Assembly (NCBI GenBank): GCA_040383885.1
Contig: JBEICQ010000001.1
Location: forward strand, 2,838 to 66,837
Direction: 5' to 3'
DNA from: Flavobacteriales bacterium
GTDB lineage: Bacteria; Bacteroidota; Bacteroidia; UBA4408
DNA length: 64,000 nt
Below, piece by piece: positions 9,562 to 19,528 of this stretch (positions are counted from its first letter, which is position 1; each line of letters opens with the position of its first letter). The notes beneath the pieces are model-generated. The model was not told the origin of the DNA, did no database searches, and saw only the letters and a program-made list of their open reading frames with translations. Both the position numbers and the translations under genes were made by a program.

Positions 9562-10566
9562 TTAATGATTCATGTTGCCGAGTAATTGATTCATGGCTTG
9601 CAACTGTTTTTCACTTCCCATTGCAATAAGTTTATCCCCCTGTTCAATAAGTGTGTCGAGGGGTGGATTGAGGATATATTTTCCTTTTTGATTTTTGATG
9701 GCCAACACTGTGGATCCGGTCACTCGCCTGATGTTCATTGAATCAAGGCTTCGGGATACCGGACAAATAAATTCGCGGATGGCAAAAGAATCGCTATGCT
9801 GCACAGACATGATATCTAGCAGTTCCTTTATATCGGGACTCAATACCAGGGTGGCCATCTGAGCTCCGCCTAATTTATCTGGCATGATAATGTTGCTGGC
9901 ACCTGCCGTTTTCAGTTTATTAACAGACGAGTCCATACTTGCTCTGCTGATGATTGGCAAATCCGGACGCATTTCTCTTGCAGTGAGAACAACATACACA
10001 TTATCAGCATCATTCGGAAGGGTTGTTATCAATGCCCTTGCTTTGTCAATGCCTGCTTTTAACAGGGTATCTTCCCGTGTGGCATCAGCCTCTATCATAA
10101 GTATAAGAGGGCTCTCTTCAAAATACTTGTCATGCTTTTCTTCAATGGTTACTACCTGGATTTTTTTTTCCATCAAAACACTTGCGGCTTCCCGGCCATT
10201 GCGCCCATAGCCGCAAATAATAACATGATTTTGTATTTGTTCAAGCTTCTGATTCATGCGGTAAATCCGGTAATACTGAATAAAATCACCATCAAGTAAA
10301 AAACGGGATACCAAGGTAATAAAATATGTGATTACCGAGAGGCTCAGGAGGATGAGAGAAATGGTGAAAATTTTGCCCTCATCCGAAAGGGGTTTTACTT
10401 CTGAAAATCCCACCGTGCCCACAGTTATTACGGTCATATACAAGGCATCCAACAATTTGTAATGCTCCAGAAATACATAACCTACAACCCCATAAATGAA
10501 GATGGCAACCACCAGCAGAAATCCATATCTAACGGGTTTGAATGGATTGAGTGTTACAATTCTCAT
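9562..10566 (-). CDS. 2-TM pore-loop cation (K+-type) channel with cytoplasmic RCK/TrkA-N and TrkA-C domains. The selectivity filter is atypical
   Basis: Two N-terminal TM helices flank the pore sequence TVITVGTVGFSEV, which reads GFS where a K+ channel has GYG/GFG. A Rossmann motif VIICGYGRNGRE marks TrkA-N, and a C-terminal TrkA-C-like region follows. Confidence 0.75.
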   Translation of the reverse strand: MRIVTLNPFKPVRYGFLLVVAIFIYGVVGYVFLEHYKLLDALYMTVITVGTVGFSEVKPLSDEGKIFTISLILLSLSVITYFITLVSRFLLDGDFIQYYRIYRMNQKLEQIQNHVIICGYGRNGREAASVLMEKKIQVVTIEEKHDKYFEESPLILMIEADATREDTLLKAGIDKARALITTLPNDADNVYVVLTAREMRPDLPIISRASMDSSVNKLKTAGASNIIMPDKLGGAQMATLVLSPDIKELLDIMSVQHSDSFAIREFICPVSRSLDSMNIRRVTGSTVLAIKNQKGKYILNPPLDTLIEQGDKLIAMGSEKQLQAMNQLLGNMNH

Positions 10567-10604
10567 GGTGAATGGGCAAGTTAACTAAAATATCAAAATA
10601 TGAC

Positions 10605-11204
10605 CTAAGAGGTTTTTTTGAGACATACCGGAATATACCATTTCCCTTCGTACAGTTTCCTGTCAATTAAATTTCCCTTACAGTCCAGGTATTGTCCCTT
10701 TTTGTTTAGATGAAGCATGAAGGCCTTCCCTGATATAATCGCCTCCAGAGAGTGAAGCACAAGACTGTCGGGAGAGCTTGTTCTGCCAATTTCTATTCCC
10801 AATCGATTATTAAGCCTGTCCATAACACATTGCATGGAATCGGGTCTTGAACCATGTTCGTTTTTACCACGAAGAAAAAAGAGTTGATTGTCCTTCTCAT
10901 GTGCTTCAAGCAAGCGAGAAGCTTTTTTAGAACCAATGGTTGCAGTCAGTTTTGCACTCCAGTAGAGGTGTCGGAATGCATCATACAGACCTCCTGTCTC
11001 AAAAGTGTCAAGAGCTTGATGGGATTTATATGCCGAGAGATCTGAAAGAACCCTTCGGGTGGTTTTCATGGCCAATGAAACCTTACACGGATGGCCAAGT
11101 GCCCAAACACGCTGGTGATAGCCTGTTTGGCGAAGTACAGAGGGAATGCTACAGGCATGCAGCAAGGGTAAAATCAGAACCGGGAACAGTCTACGCCAGG
11201 GCAT
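10605..11204 (-). CDS. Hypothetical lipoprotein or secreted protein
   Basis: 199-aa ORF with signal peptide MPWRRLFPVLILPLLHAC. It overlaps the upstream rluB-like gene by 14 nt. I do not recognise the family. Confidence 0.45.
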   Translation of the reverse strand: MPWRRLFPVLILPLLHACSIPSVLRQTGYHQRVWALGHPCKVSLAMKTTRRVLSDLSAYKSHQALDTFETGGLYDAFRHLYWSAKLTATIGSKKASRLLEAHEKDNQLFFLRGKNEHGSRPDSMQCVMDRLNNRLGIEIGRTSSPDSLVLHSLEAIISGKAFMLHLNKKGQYLDCKGNLIDRKLYEGKWYIPVCLKKTS

Positions 11205-12648
11205 ATAACTTGGAAACTTCGGCTCCGCTTAAAAAGCGCCATCTCCCTCTGGCAAGATCTTTTTTTGTGAGTCCGGCAAATACTACCCTGTCGAGTTTCA
11301 ACACTTTATATCCCAGACTTTCAAAAATTCTTCTCACCACACGGTTTTTCCCTGAATGGAGTTTAATACCTACTTCTTTTTTGGTTGAGGCAAATTCCAC
11401 ATAATTGATTTCATCCACCTGTACCGGACCGTCCTCCAGATTAATTCCTTTTCGTATAGCATCCAAATCCATTTTGGCAAGAGGCATGCTCAATTCAACA
11501 TGGTAAATTTTTTCAATGCCATACCTCGGATGGGTTAACTTTTTTGCCAGCTCTCCATCATTTGTGAATAGCAATAAACCCGTAGTGTTTCTGTCGAGCC
11601 GACCCACCGGATAAATTCTTTCCCTACAGGCATCCGCAACGAGCTCCATAACAGTTTTGCGTTTGCCGGGATCCGTCACCGTTGTGATATAATCCTTGGG
11701 TTTATTTAGCAAGAGATACACTTTCTTTTCATTGGTAATCAGATCACCTCCGCAATGAACAATGTCATGAGGCTTGATTTTATGTCCGAGTTCGGTGATG
11801 ATTTTTCCGTTTACTGTTACCACGCCTGAGATAATAAGTGTGTCAGCCTCTCGCCTTGAGCATACGCCTGAATTGGAGATGTATTTATTGAGTCTGATCT
11901 CTTCAGAAATTGCTTTGGCAGGGGCATCTACAGTTCTCCTGCGGGGTCGCTTAACCCTTTCATTTCCTTGGTTTTCAATTGCCGGACGATCTGATTTGCG
12001 ACCCTTGTCCCATTTTGATTCTCCTGAAAATGCCCTGGATGGGCTTGTTCTTGAACGGGAAGTAGTGCCTGTAGTTTCAGGTGAGAAGTCATCGTCGAAT
12101 TTGCGCTGACGAGCCGGTCTGGCATTTGAGTCGGGCTTGTTACGATACTCGCGTTTGGGTTTATCTGAAAAAGCAGTTTTGTTTTTTTCCGGGTCAAACC
12201 GGTCTGCGAAATCATTCCTGCGATTTGGTCTGTTACCGGAAATAGACGTGCCGGTAGCTCCGGACGGGCGTTTTTTAAAGGCTCTTCCCTCCTCCTCTGT
12301 GCGTCGCTTAAAAGGTTTATCGAATGCCGAAGTAGTACGCGGACGAAAATCATTCCCCTCTTTTGGCGAGTCTTTTTTGTTGCCCGTGAATTTTTGTCGT
12401 GCATCAAATCTCTTGGTTCCGGCATTGCTTCGCTCGGTTCTTTCCTTGCCTCTGTAAGCAGCGGTGCCAGGTGATTTTCTTGGAAAATCACGGTCTGTAG
12501 AATCACTCCCTGTGCGGGTTGAACGCTTTTTGCCGAATGATTTTACCGGCTTTTCATCCGTTGATTTCTTTTTGCCCTTTGATGAGCTTCCCGAAAAAAA
12601 GGGAAGTGAATGTTTTGGTTTTTTTTGATTCATGTTATTCAAATTCAT
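11191..12648 (-). CDS. rluB: RluB/RsuA-family 23S rRNA pseudouridine synthase. An S4 domain sits behind a ~240-aa Arg/Lys/Ser-rich disordered N-terminal extension
   Basis: S4 motif LNKYISNSGVCSRREADTLI and catalytic motif PVGRLDRNTTGLLLFTNDGELAKKLTHP. The N-terminal 240 aa are low-complexity and basic. Confidence 0.85.
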   Translation of the reverse strand: MNLNNMNQKKPKHSLPFFSGSSSKGKKKSTDEKPVKSFGKKRSTRTGSDSTDRDFPRKSPGTAAYRGKERTERSNAGTKRFDARQKFTGNKKDSPKEGNDFRPRTTSAFDKPFKRRTEEEGRAFKKRPSGATGTSISGNRPNRRNDFADRFDPEKNKTAFSDKPKREYRNKPDSNARPARQRKFDDDFSPETTGTTSRSRTSPSRAFSGESKWDKGRKSDRPAIENQGNERVKRPRRRTVDAPAKAISEEIRLNKYISNSGVCSRREADTLIISGVVTVNGKIITELGHKIKPHDIVHCGGDLITNEKKVYLLLNKPKDYITTVTDPGKRKTVMELVADACRERIYPVGRLDRNTTGLLLFTNDGELAKKLTHPRYGIEKIYHVELSMPLAKMDLDAIRKGINLEDGPVQVDEINYVEFASTKKEVGIKLHSGKNRVVRRIFESLGYKVLKLDRVVFAGLTKKDLARGRWRFLSGAEVSKLYALA

Positions 12649-13012
12649 CCATGCCGTTACTTACATCAGGATAATGCATGATCGACGGGGAAGAGGTGTC
12701 AAAGGTAATGCTCACCACATCAAATCGGATGTCTCCGTTAAAATCAAGTGCTGCGGCAAAATTCTCGAGGGCCTCAGAAAGCAACTGCCATTTGCGTGAG
12801 GTGATAAACTCAGCGGGTTCTCCATGTATTGAATTGCTGCGGGTTTTTACCTCTATTCCCACCAAAAAACCTTCAAATAAGGCGATGATATCTACTTCTG
12901 CCTTACCAAATCGGTAATTGGTAGCCACTATTTCAAACCCTTTCTGCCTCAGATGATCGGCGGCAAGATGCTCTCCGGTGATTCCGGTATGAATGTGTGA
13001 ATGGCTTTTCAT
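12635..13012 (-). CDS. YraN-family (UPF0102) endonuclease-like protein
   Basis: GEHLAADHLRQKGFEIVATNYRFGKAEVDIIAL…GIEVKTR matches the YraN family. The start was moved to the internal ATG (MKSHS…), which makes an ATGA overlap with the upstream radical-SAM stop. Confidence 0.7.
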   Translation of the reverse strand: MKSHSHIHTGITGEHLAADHLRQKGFEIVATNYRFGKAEVDIIALFEGFLVGIEVKTRSNSIHGEPAEFITSRKWQLLSEALENFAAALDFNGDIRFDVVSITFDTSSPSIMHYPDVSNGMDEFE

Positions 13013-14031
13013 GTAAAGATTCGCGTTCCTTCTGAGCAATTTTTACAAATATCAAGCTCTGCCCTGCTCCTGAAAATTTTTTTTCGAAACTCCATATAAG
13101 GTTCAGAGAACCATATACTCCGAAAATCTGAGCGATTGATATTGCCAAACCGGTAACTTGCATCCTTGTCAAAACAGCAGGGTACTGCAAATCCATCCCA
13201 AGTGATTACAGGAGATTGCCACATTCTCCAACAGTGGTTATATAATTTATTTTTGATACGAAACTTTCCACTCTCCGTTTGGCTGTATCGTGTAAATGCA
13301 GGGTTTTGGGGGATAAGCGCATTCCCCTCCTGGAAATCATACACCTGAGCTGTTTTAAATCTTATTTCATCCACACCAATGCTGTTTGCAAATGCTTTGG
13401 CTTGATTTACTTCATGTTCGTTATGACTGGTAAGCAAAAACTGAAAAATAAGATATGGCGTTTTGCTGCGCATCTCTTTTTTCCACTTAACCAGCAATCG
13501 GGTTCCGCGAATCACTTTATCAAGCTCTCCTCCTATTCTGTAGCTACTGTAAGATTCCTGAGTCAGTCCGTCCAGAGAGATGATTAATCTGTCGAGACCG
13601 GAGAGGATGGTTTGCCTGGCGATATTGTCATCAATAAAATGTGCGTTGGTTGAAGTAGCAGTATATAGACCTGCCTGCTTTGCCATGGCCACCATTTTTA
13701 GAAAGTCTTTATGAATATAGGGTTCACCCTGGAAGTACAAATTGGCATACAAGGCTGTTTTCCCAATATCCTTCAATGCTTTTTCAATTGTTGCAGACTT
13801 GATATTTCCGGTATCGCGGGTAAAACTTCTTAATCCACTTGGGCATTGCGGACAGCGCAAGTTGCATGCAGTGGTTGGCTCCAAAGCGATACTTATTGGC
13901 ATTCCCCACACAATTGGTTTACGCATTATTCGCGACAGGTAATAGGAAACAATCACAAAAAGTGCATTCTTAAACCGTGCAGGCGTAAACTTACTAAGTA
14001 GGTTTATTGAATCGAGGATTTTCCTCATCAT
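13009..14031 (-). CDS. Radical SAM protein with a C-terminal SPASM-like Cys-rich domain
   Basis: CxxxCxxC motif TACNLRCPQCP and a GEP motif (YFQGEPYI). The C-terminal cysteines are WDGFAVPCCFD…CKNCSEG. Its start overlaps the upstream gene by 4 nt. Confidence 0.8.
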   Translation of the reverse strand: MMRKILDSINLLSKFTPARFKNALFVIVSYYLSRIMRKPIVWGMPISIALEPTTACNLRCPQCPSGLRSFTRDTGNIKSATIEKALKDIGKTALYANLYFQGEPYIHKDFLKMVAMAKQAGLYTATSTNAHFIDDNIARQTILSGLDRLIISLDGLTQESYSSYRIGGELDKVIRGTRLLVKWKKEMRSKTPYLIFQFLLTSHNEHEVNQAKAFANSIGVDEIRFKTAQVYDFQEGNALIPQNPAFTRYSQTESGKFRIKNKLYNHCWRMWQSPVITWDGFAVPCCFDKDASYRFGNINRSDFRSIWFSEPYMEFRKKIFRSRAELDICKNCSEGTRIFT

Positions 14032-17000
14032 ACCTTAATGCCTATGACCAAAACATCATCAATCTGTTCAAGCTTGCCCTGCCATCTTTCGAGAATTTCT
14101 TCGAGCTTTTGTAATTGCCTGTTCATGGGTTCAGACTGAAGTCCAAGCAAAACATTTTTAAGCTGGTTGTATTTGAATTTTTTTCCTTCGCTACCTCCAA
14201 ACTGATCGGCATACCCATCAGAAAAAATATACAACGAATCTCCGGGAATGAGTTCAAATGTATGCAGCGTAAACGGAGGCAAATCCTTGGTAAGAAAAAC
14301 CCCAACCGGGAACTTGTTCCCTTTGATTTCATATAGCTTACATCCGTTTGCGCTAAGCACGGGCATATGGCCGGCCAGGGGCTCAGCATTGGCAGCGCGA
14401 ATGATATACAGGGGATTGTTTGCACCTGCAAAATCAAGGGTGTATGTTGAGGGATTCCAACGAAGCAAGGCAATGTCCATCCCATCTTTTGAATCGCTTC
14501 CTGCCTCGTTTTGTTTCAGGTCTCTGATGATGTTGTCTCTCAGCTGGGTGAGCACTGCATCAGGCCTCGTGATGTCTTTTTCGTTTACAATCTCGTTCAG
14601 GTTCTCATTACCAAGTAAACTCATAAATGCTCCCGGCACTCCATGACCCGTGCAGTCAACAGCTGCAATCATGCGGTAATCGTCTCTTTGGGTAGCCCAG
14701 TAAAAATCTCCGCTTACTATATCTTTTGGCTTAAAAAAGATAAAACTTTGTTGAAAGGCACGCTGAATAAATTCCCTGCTTGGCATGATGGCATCCTGTA
14801 TCCGGCGGGCATAAAAAATGCTGTCTGTAATCTCCTTGTTTTTATTTTCAATCTGGGATTTCTGTTTTCTCAACTCACTCGTTTGGTTGTGAATAATTCT
14901 ATTGAGATTTTTGGTGTACAGTATGACTATCTGAACCACTAAGAACAGACCAAAAATTGAGTAAAGTAAATAGGCCCACCAGGTTCTGTACCATGGCGGC
15001 TTAATGGAGAAACGGAAGGTTTGGTTTATACTGAAATTGTGATAAATGTTCTTGCACTGTACTTTAAAAGTATAGGTGCCTTCACTGAGATTGGTGTAAA
15101 TGGCTTCCTTTCGGTTTGAGAATTCAGTCCAGCCTTTGTCATTTCCTTCAAGGATGTAACGGTATTGATTGTAATCCTCCCTGATGAAATAATTTGAACC
15201 CAACTTGAAGATGAGGTTATTGTTTTCGTAGGGAAGTTCGGGATAAGCTGTGGAGGGCTGACTAACAACCGGCGTTCTTACAGTTTCGGTAAGGAAAGGA
15301 TGTTGCACTTCCACGAAAAAATTACCGCTGAAAATTTCTCTTCCATTACTTACTATCCGTCTGATGAGACTTGAAAAGTTTTTCCGGACCTGAACATTTC
15401 CTTGTTTGTTGTTGTACACCACCGCACCAAAATTTCCTACAATCCAAAGATCTCCTGCCTTGCTGCAATAAAACTGTTTAACCTCAAATTCTGATGGAAA
15501 GATTCGAAAAGGATAAGACCTAAAACCCGAGAGCTTACCGTTAGCATACTCAAAAAAACCATGCTCCGGATATTCCTTTAAGCGGCCATTCACTTGGGTA
15601 TGTTTGATGGCTTCTACCCAATATCTGTTGCCTATGTATTCGCAGGATATGATTTGTCTCTTGTTTGCTGTTGAAAATTCCTTGCCAAAAAAATTGCTGA
15701 TTCTTGTGTATGCCTTGCCTCGCTTATCAACACCTGCGATGAGCGTATGGTAATCAGCGAAAACAAATACCTGTCCTTTGCCTCTCGAGAGCGTGATTTC
15801 TGATTCAGTTTCAGGTACAGGAAATTTTACGGTTTGCACCCTGTACTTCACAAATCTGAAACCAAGCGTGTTTTTAAGCAAGGGAGTAATACAGTAAAGT
15901 GCATTCTTAGAACACCAGAGATTCCCGTCTACATCTTCGTTTAATTGTCTGATTTCATCTTCCAACCCATCTACATATCCTCTTTTTATCCAGCTTCCGG
16001 AAACATATTCCATCACAGCCACTCCGGAACCAAGGCCCAGATAAACGATTCCGGGATATTTTTTTGAAGGTAAAATATTATACACCGCATCGTCTTCATC
16101 AAAAATTTTCACTGCATTTTGATCATTGATGGTGTAAAGTCCTTCTTTGTTTCCAAGGAGCAGGTGATTGCTTCCATCGGAGGATTCAAATACCGCAATC
16201 TTCCAGCATTCCGGCCCAACAGATGGCAAGGAATTCAGCTGGGGCTCACCCGGATTTTTATAAAAAAGACCAAGCGTGGTGGCAAAGTATAGCTTGTTTC
16301 TAAATTCAGTAACAGATTCTACTTTCCCTTTCAGGCCGTTGGTTTCATTGAAATACCTGAAAGGACTGTTTAATTCAATGGAAGTGATTCCATTTTCCAG
16401 GGCCAACCAAAGCAGATGATCCTCGTCCTCAAAAAGAAAATGGATTTTTTCGTTCTGGATTCCGCTTTTGGTATCAATGATTTCGAAGTGAGTGATGTCC
16501 TGGTCCACTATCATCAACCCTCCCAATAGCGTTCCAACAGCAATTTTACCATTCGATAGGCGAATGGCCTTGAATACTTTGTGTCGAATAAGCAAGGTTG
16601 AAATATCATTTTTAACTTTTTCAATTTTAATTTCTCTTCCCAGGCCCTCTTTATCTATGCTTCTGCTTCCTGCCGGCAAGGTAAATTTCAATAATCCCAA
16701 ATCCTGGCTGCCACCGTAGAGCGTATTTGGTCCATCAGAAAGTAAAAAATCGAGTCTGCTATCCTGCAGCAAATCGCTCCCTTTGATGGGAATCAGAGCC
16801 TCATTGCCCACCTCAACAAGTCCGATTCCTTTTTGCCGTATGTAGATATGGTTCCCGAACTGAAAAGCTGTGTGGAATTCTCCCTCTGATTGCCAAACCC
16901 TGAACTTCCCATTGCGTAGCCTGAGCACTTTTGTTTTTGAGATGAAGTACACTGCATCGGATGTAACAAAAGTAAAATACACATAACCGAGACTACGGTC

Positions 17001-17381
17001 GTTTGGATTTAACCTGTGTTTCAGACTGTGAAATTTCTGTTTGCCTTCGGCATTGATATCAATGTAACCGATATCATCTTGTAGTCCGGCAAAAACTAAT
17101 CCGGAGGATGAATCAAGAGCAAGAGAATTAAAAACCGTATTCCCCCAGTTCTCCCAGGTAACACCATCATATTGAAAAACACCTGTGTTGTAACCAAAGT
17201 ACAAAAGCCCTTTTTTGTCCTGTGTGATGGACCAGATTTGGGTAGGCGTTTCATATTCCTTGTCGGAATAATTTCTAATATGGTAAAGACCCTCTTCTTT
17301 GCAAACCCCGGAAGCAGGAAAAACAAGGGATAGTATAAAAAGTATGCCCGCAGGAAAAGGCAACCGCAATAGTAATTGCAT
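14028..17381 (-). CDS. Sensor PP2C (SpoIIE-family) protein phosphatase. Signal peptide, periplasmic beta-propeller/Y_Y_Y-type sensor region, single TM, coiled coil, C-terminal PP2C domain
   Basis: The 1117-aa product has an N-terminal signal sequence, repetitive propeller-like segments and a TM helix WWAYLLYSIFGLFLVVQIVILY. Coiled-coil segments follow. The PP2C motifs are AVDCTGHGVPGAFMSLLG and DGYADQFGG. Confidence 0.85.
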   Translation of the reverse strand: MQLLLRLPFPAGILFILSLVFPASGVCKEEGLYHIRNYSDKEYETPTQIWSITQDKKGLLYFGYNTGVFQYDGVTWENWGNTVFNSLALDSSSGLVFAGLQDDIGYIDINAEGKQKFHSLKHRLNPNDRSLGYVYFTFVTSDAVYFISKTKVLRLRNGKFRVWQSEGEFHTAFQFGNHIYIRQKGIGLVEVGNEALIPIKGSDLLQDSRLDFLLSDGPNTLYGGSQDLGLLKFTLPAGSRSIDKEGLGREIKIEKVKNDISTLLIRHKVFKAIRLSNGKIAVGTLLGGLMIVDQDITHFEIIDTKSGIQNEKIHFLFEDEDHLLWLALENGITSIELNSPFRYFNETNGLKGKVESVTEFRNKLYFATTLGLFYKNPGEPQLNSLPSVGPECWKIAVFESSDGSNHLLLGNKEGLYTINDQNAVKIFDEDDAVYNILPSKKYPGIVYLGLGSGVAVMEYVSGSWIKRGYVDGLEDEIRQLNEDVDGNLWCSKNALYCITPLLKNTLGFRFVKYRVQTVKFPVPETESEITLSRGKGQVFVFADYHTLIAGVDKRGKAYTRISNFFGKEFSTANKRQIISCEYIGNRYWVEAIKHTQVNGRLKEYPEHGFFEYANGKLSGFRSYPFRIFPSEFEVKQFYCSKAGDLWIVGNFGAVVYNNKQGNVQVRKNFSSLIRRIVSNGREIFSGNFFVEVQHPFLTETVRTPVVSQPSTAYPELPYENNNLIFKLGSNYFIREDYNQYRYILEGNDKGWTEFSNRKEAIYTNLSEGTYTFKVQCKNIYHNFSINQTFRFSIKPPWYRTWWAYLLYSIFGLFLVVQIVILYTKNLNRIIHNQTSELRKQKSQIENKNKEITDSIFYARRIQDAIMPSREFIQRAFQQSFIFFKPKDIVSGDFYWATQRDDYRMIAAVDCTGHGVPGAFMSLLGNENLNEIVNEKDITRPDAVLTQLRDNIIRDLKQNEAGSDSKDGMDIALLRWNPSTYTLDFAGANNPLYIIRAANAEPLAGHMPVLSANGCKLYEIKGNKFPVGVFLTKDLPPFTLHTFELIPGDSLYIFSDGYADQFGGSEGKKFKYNQLKNVLLGLQSEPMNRQLQKLEEILERWQGKLEQIDDVLVIGIKV

Positions 17382-17454
17382 GGGGTAAAGTTAGCATAAT
17401 ACAGGCAGAAAAAACAAATTCCGCCATTCGTAGCTAAGTGCACTCACCCGGTCA

Positions 17455-17868
17455 TCAGCAAAACTCATCAAAAGCCATCCTGAGATTGTCTGCTATCATC
17501 GCAGCAGAGCGACCCTCAATATGATGCCTCTCGATAAAATGCACCAACATCCCATCCTTAAAAAGTGCCATGCATGGAGAAGATGGAGGATAAGGCGCAA
17601 AATATTTACGGGCCTGGGCAGTGGCCTCTGTATCAAACCCGGCAAAAACAGTAGCAAGGTGTGCAGGTTTTTTTTCGTGGCTCATGGCCATTTTAACCGC
17701 AGGACGAGCAGCCCCGGCGGCACATCCACAAACAGAATTGACCACCACCAGCACGGTTCCTTTGGTGTCGCGGATGGCTGCGTCTACTTTTTCAGGGGTA
17801 GTTAAGTCTTCAAAACCAAGTGAAGTGAGCTCGGCTTTCATGGGTATTACCAATTGTTCAGGATACAT
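17455..17868 (-). CDS. Bacilliredoxin (YphP/YqiW, DUF1094) thiol-disulfide oxidoreductase
   Basis: VVVNSVCGCAAGAARP contains the CGC active site. The start was moved to the internal ATG (MYPEQLVIPMKAEL…). Confidence 0.7.
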   Translation of the reverse strand: MYPEQLVIPMKAELTSLGFEDLTTPEKVDAAIRDTKGTVLVVVNSVCGCAAGAARPAVKMAMSHEKKPAHLATVFAGFDTEATAQARKYFAPYPPSSPCMALFKDGMLVHFIERHHIEGRSAAMIADNLRMAFDEFC

Positions 17869-18163
17869 GGTATGTGTTTTGATTGTTTTGTTTTCTCTTT
17901 TGGACTCTTCCAAAAATAGGTCAGCAAAGATAATGCTTTGCTGCCTCTGGAGTTGGTTAAATGAATTTAAAGGCTTTTTAAAATCAATTCTCTCCCGTAT
18001 CAAAGACTTTCCCTAAACAGAAATCGGCCCCGGGCAAAAGCTTGTTCGAGGCTCATTGTTAGACAGGCAAAAACCCAATTCACAATATGTGGTTGAAAAA
18101 AGTGTTTTTACAACTGTAAGCGCAAGCTTGTAATTGCTCAACTTCACACAGAAATTTCAGCTT

Positions 18164-19471
18164 ATGGGTAAATTCCGAATCTCCGGTGGTCACCGCCTCA
18201 AAGGTGATATCACTCCTCAGGGTGCAAAAAATGAGGCGCTGCAGGTGCTTTGTGCTGTTTTGCTTACCCCGGAAAAAGTTACAATCTCCAATGTACCTGA
18301 TATTGTTGATGTCAATAAATTGATTGATCTGCTCAGAGAATTAGGGGTAAAAATTGAAAAATCAGGGCATGAAGAATATAGTTTTCAGGCGGATGCAGTA
18401 GACATCAATTACATGAACACCCCGGAGTTCCGTAAAAAAGCGGCTGCACTCAGAGGTTCCATCATGATTGTGGGCCCTCTGTTGTCAAGGTTCGGCAAAG
18501 GCTATATTCCTAAACCCGGAGGAGACAAAATTGGTCGCAGGCGACTGGACACCCACTTCATTGGATTCATGAACCTGGGTGCACGCTTTGACTATACCGA
18601 AGGCGAAGAGTTTTACCGTGTGGAAGCAGGCGAGCTCAAAGGGGCTTATATGCTTCTGGATGAAGCCTCTGTAACAGGCACAGCCAATATTGTAATGGCT
18701 GCAAGCATGGCCAAAGGAACCACCACCATTTACAATGCAGCCTGCGAGCCTTATGTGCAACAACTTTGCAAAATGCTCAACCGCATGGGTGCAGACATCT
18801 CGGGGATTGGAAGCAATTTACTTACCATCAAAGGGGTGGATAAACTCGGAGGAACCACACACCGGCTCTTGCCTGATATGATTGAAATTGGCTCCTTCAT
18901 TGGAATGGCCGCCATGACACAGTCTGAAATCACCATTAAAAATGTTTCCTATCCCGACCTGGGAATCATTCCGGATACCTTCCGTAAACTGGGCATCGAC
19001 ATGGAACTCAGAGGAGACGACCTCTTTATACCTGCGCAGGAAAATTATGAGATTGATACCTTTATCGACGGCTCCATCCTCACTGTGGCAGATGCCATCT
19101 GGCCGGGCTTTACCCCCGACCTGCTGAGCATTGTACTGGTGGTGGCCACACAGGCCAAAGGCAGCGTGCTCATTCACCAAAAAATGTTTGAAAGCCGCCT
19201 TTTCTTTGTAGACAAACTCATCGACATGGGCGCACAGATCATCCTTTGTGATCCGCACAGGGCCACCGTTATCGGACTTAACCGCCAACATCCTTTAAGA
19301 GGAATTAACATGACCTCGCCTGATATTCGTGCCGGCGTTTCTCTACTGATTGCAGCCATGAGTGCAAGCGGAACAAGCATCATTGACAACATCGAACAAA
19401 TTGATCGTGGATACCAGAACATTGATACCCGTTTGAATCGTTTGGGGGCGAAGATTGAGCGTATTGAATAA
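18164..19471 (+). CDS. murA: UDP-N-acetylglucosamine 1-carboxyvinyltransferase
   Basis: MGKFRISGGHRLKGDITPQGAKNEALQ… is the MurA N-terminus. The ORF-track start at 18134 is a TTG, and the ATG at 18164 is preferred. Confidence 0.9.
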   Translation: MGKFRISGGHRLKGDITPQGAKNEALQVLCAVLLTPEKVTISNVPDIVDVNKLIDLLRELGVKIEKSGHEEYSFQADAVDINYMNTPEFRKKAAALRGSIMIVGPLLSRFGKGYIPKPGGDKIGRRRLDTHFIGFMNLGARFDYTEGEEFYRVEAGELKGAYMLLDEASVTGTANIVMAASMAKGTTTIYNAACEPYVQQLCKMLNRMGADISGIGSNLLTIKGVDKLGGTTHRLLPDMIEIGSFIGMAAMTQSEITIKNVSYPDLGIIPDTFRKLGIDMELRGDDLFIPAQENYEIDTFIDGSILTVADAIWPGFTPDLLSIVLVVATQAKGSVLIHQKMFESRLFFVDKLIDMGAQIILCDPHRATVIGLNRQHPLRGINMTSPDIRAGVSLLIAAMSASGTSIIDNIEQIDRGYQNIDTRLNRLGAKIERIE

Positions 19472-19528
19472 AACCCGATATTTGAACTCATCCCCATAAA
19501 CCCATTCAAAAACAGAAGAATAAAACAC

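Noticed and set aside
11928-12506. 192-aa minus-strand ORF and 106-111-aa plus-strand ORFs inside the rluB-like gene's 5' half
   Set aside because: They are alternative frames of a low-complexity, Arg/Lys-rich region. The in-frame S4/pseudouridine-synthase reading is the supported one.
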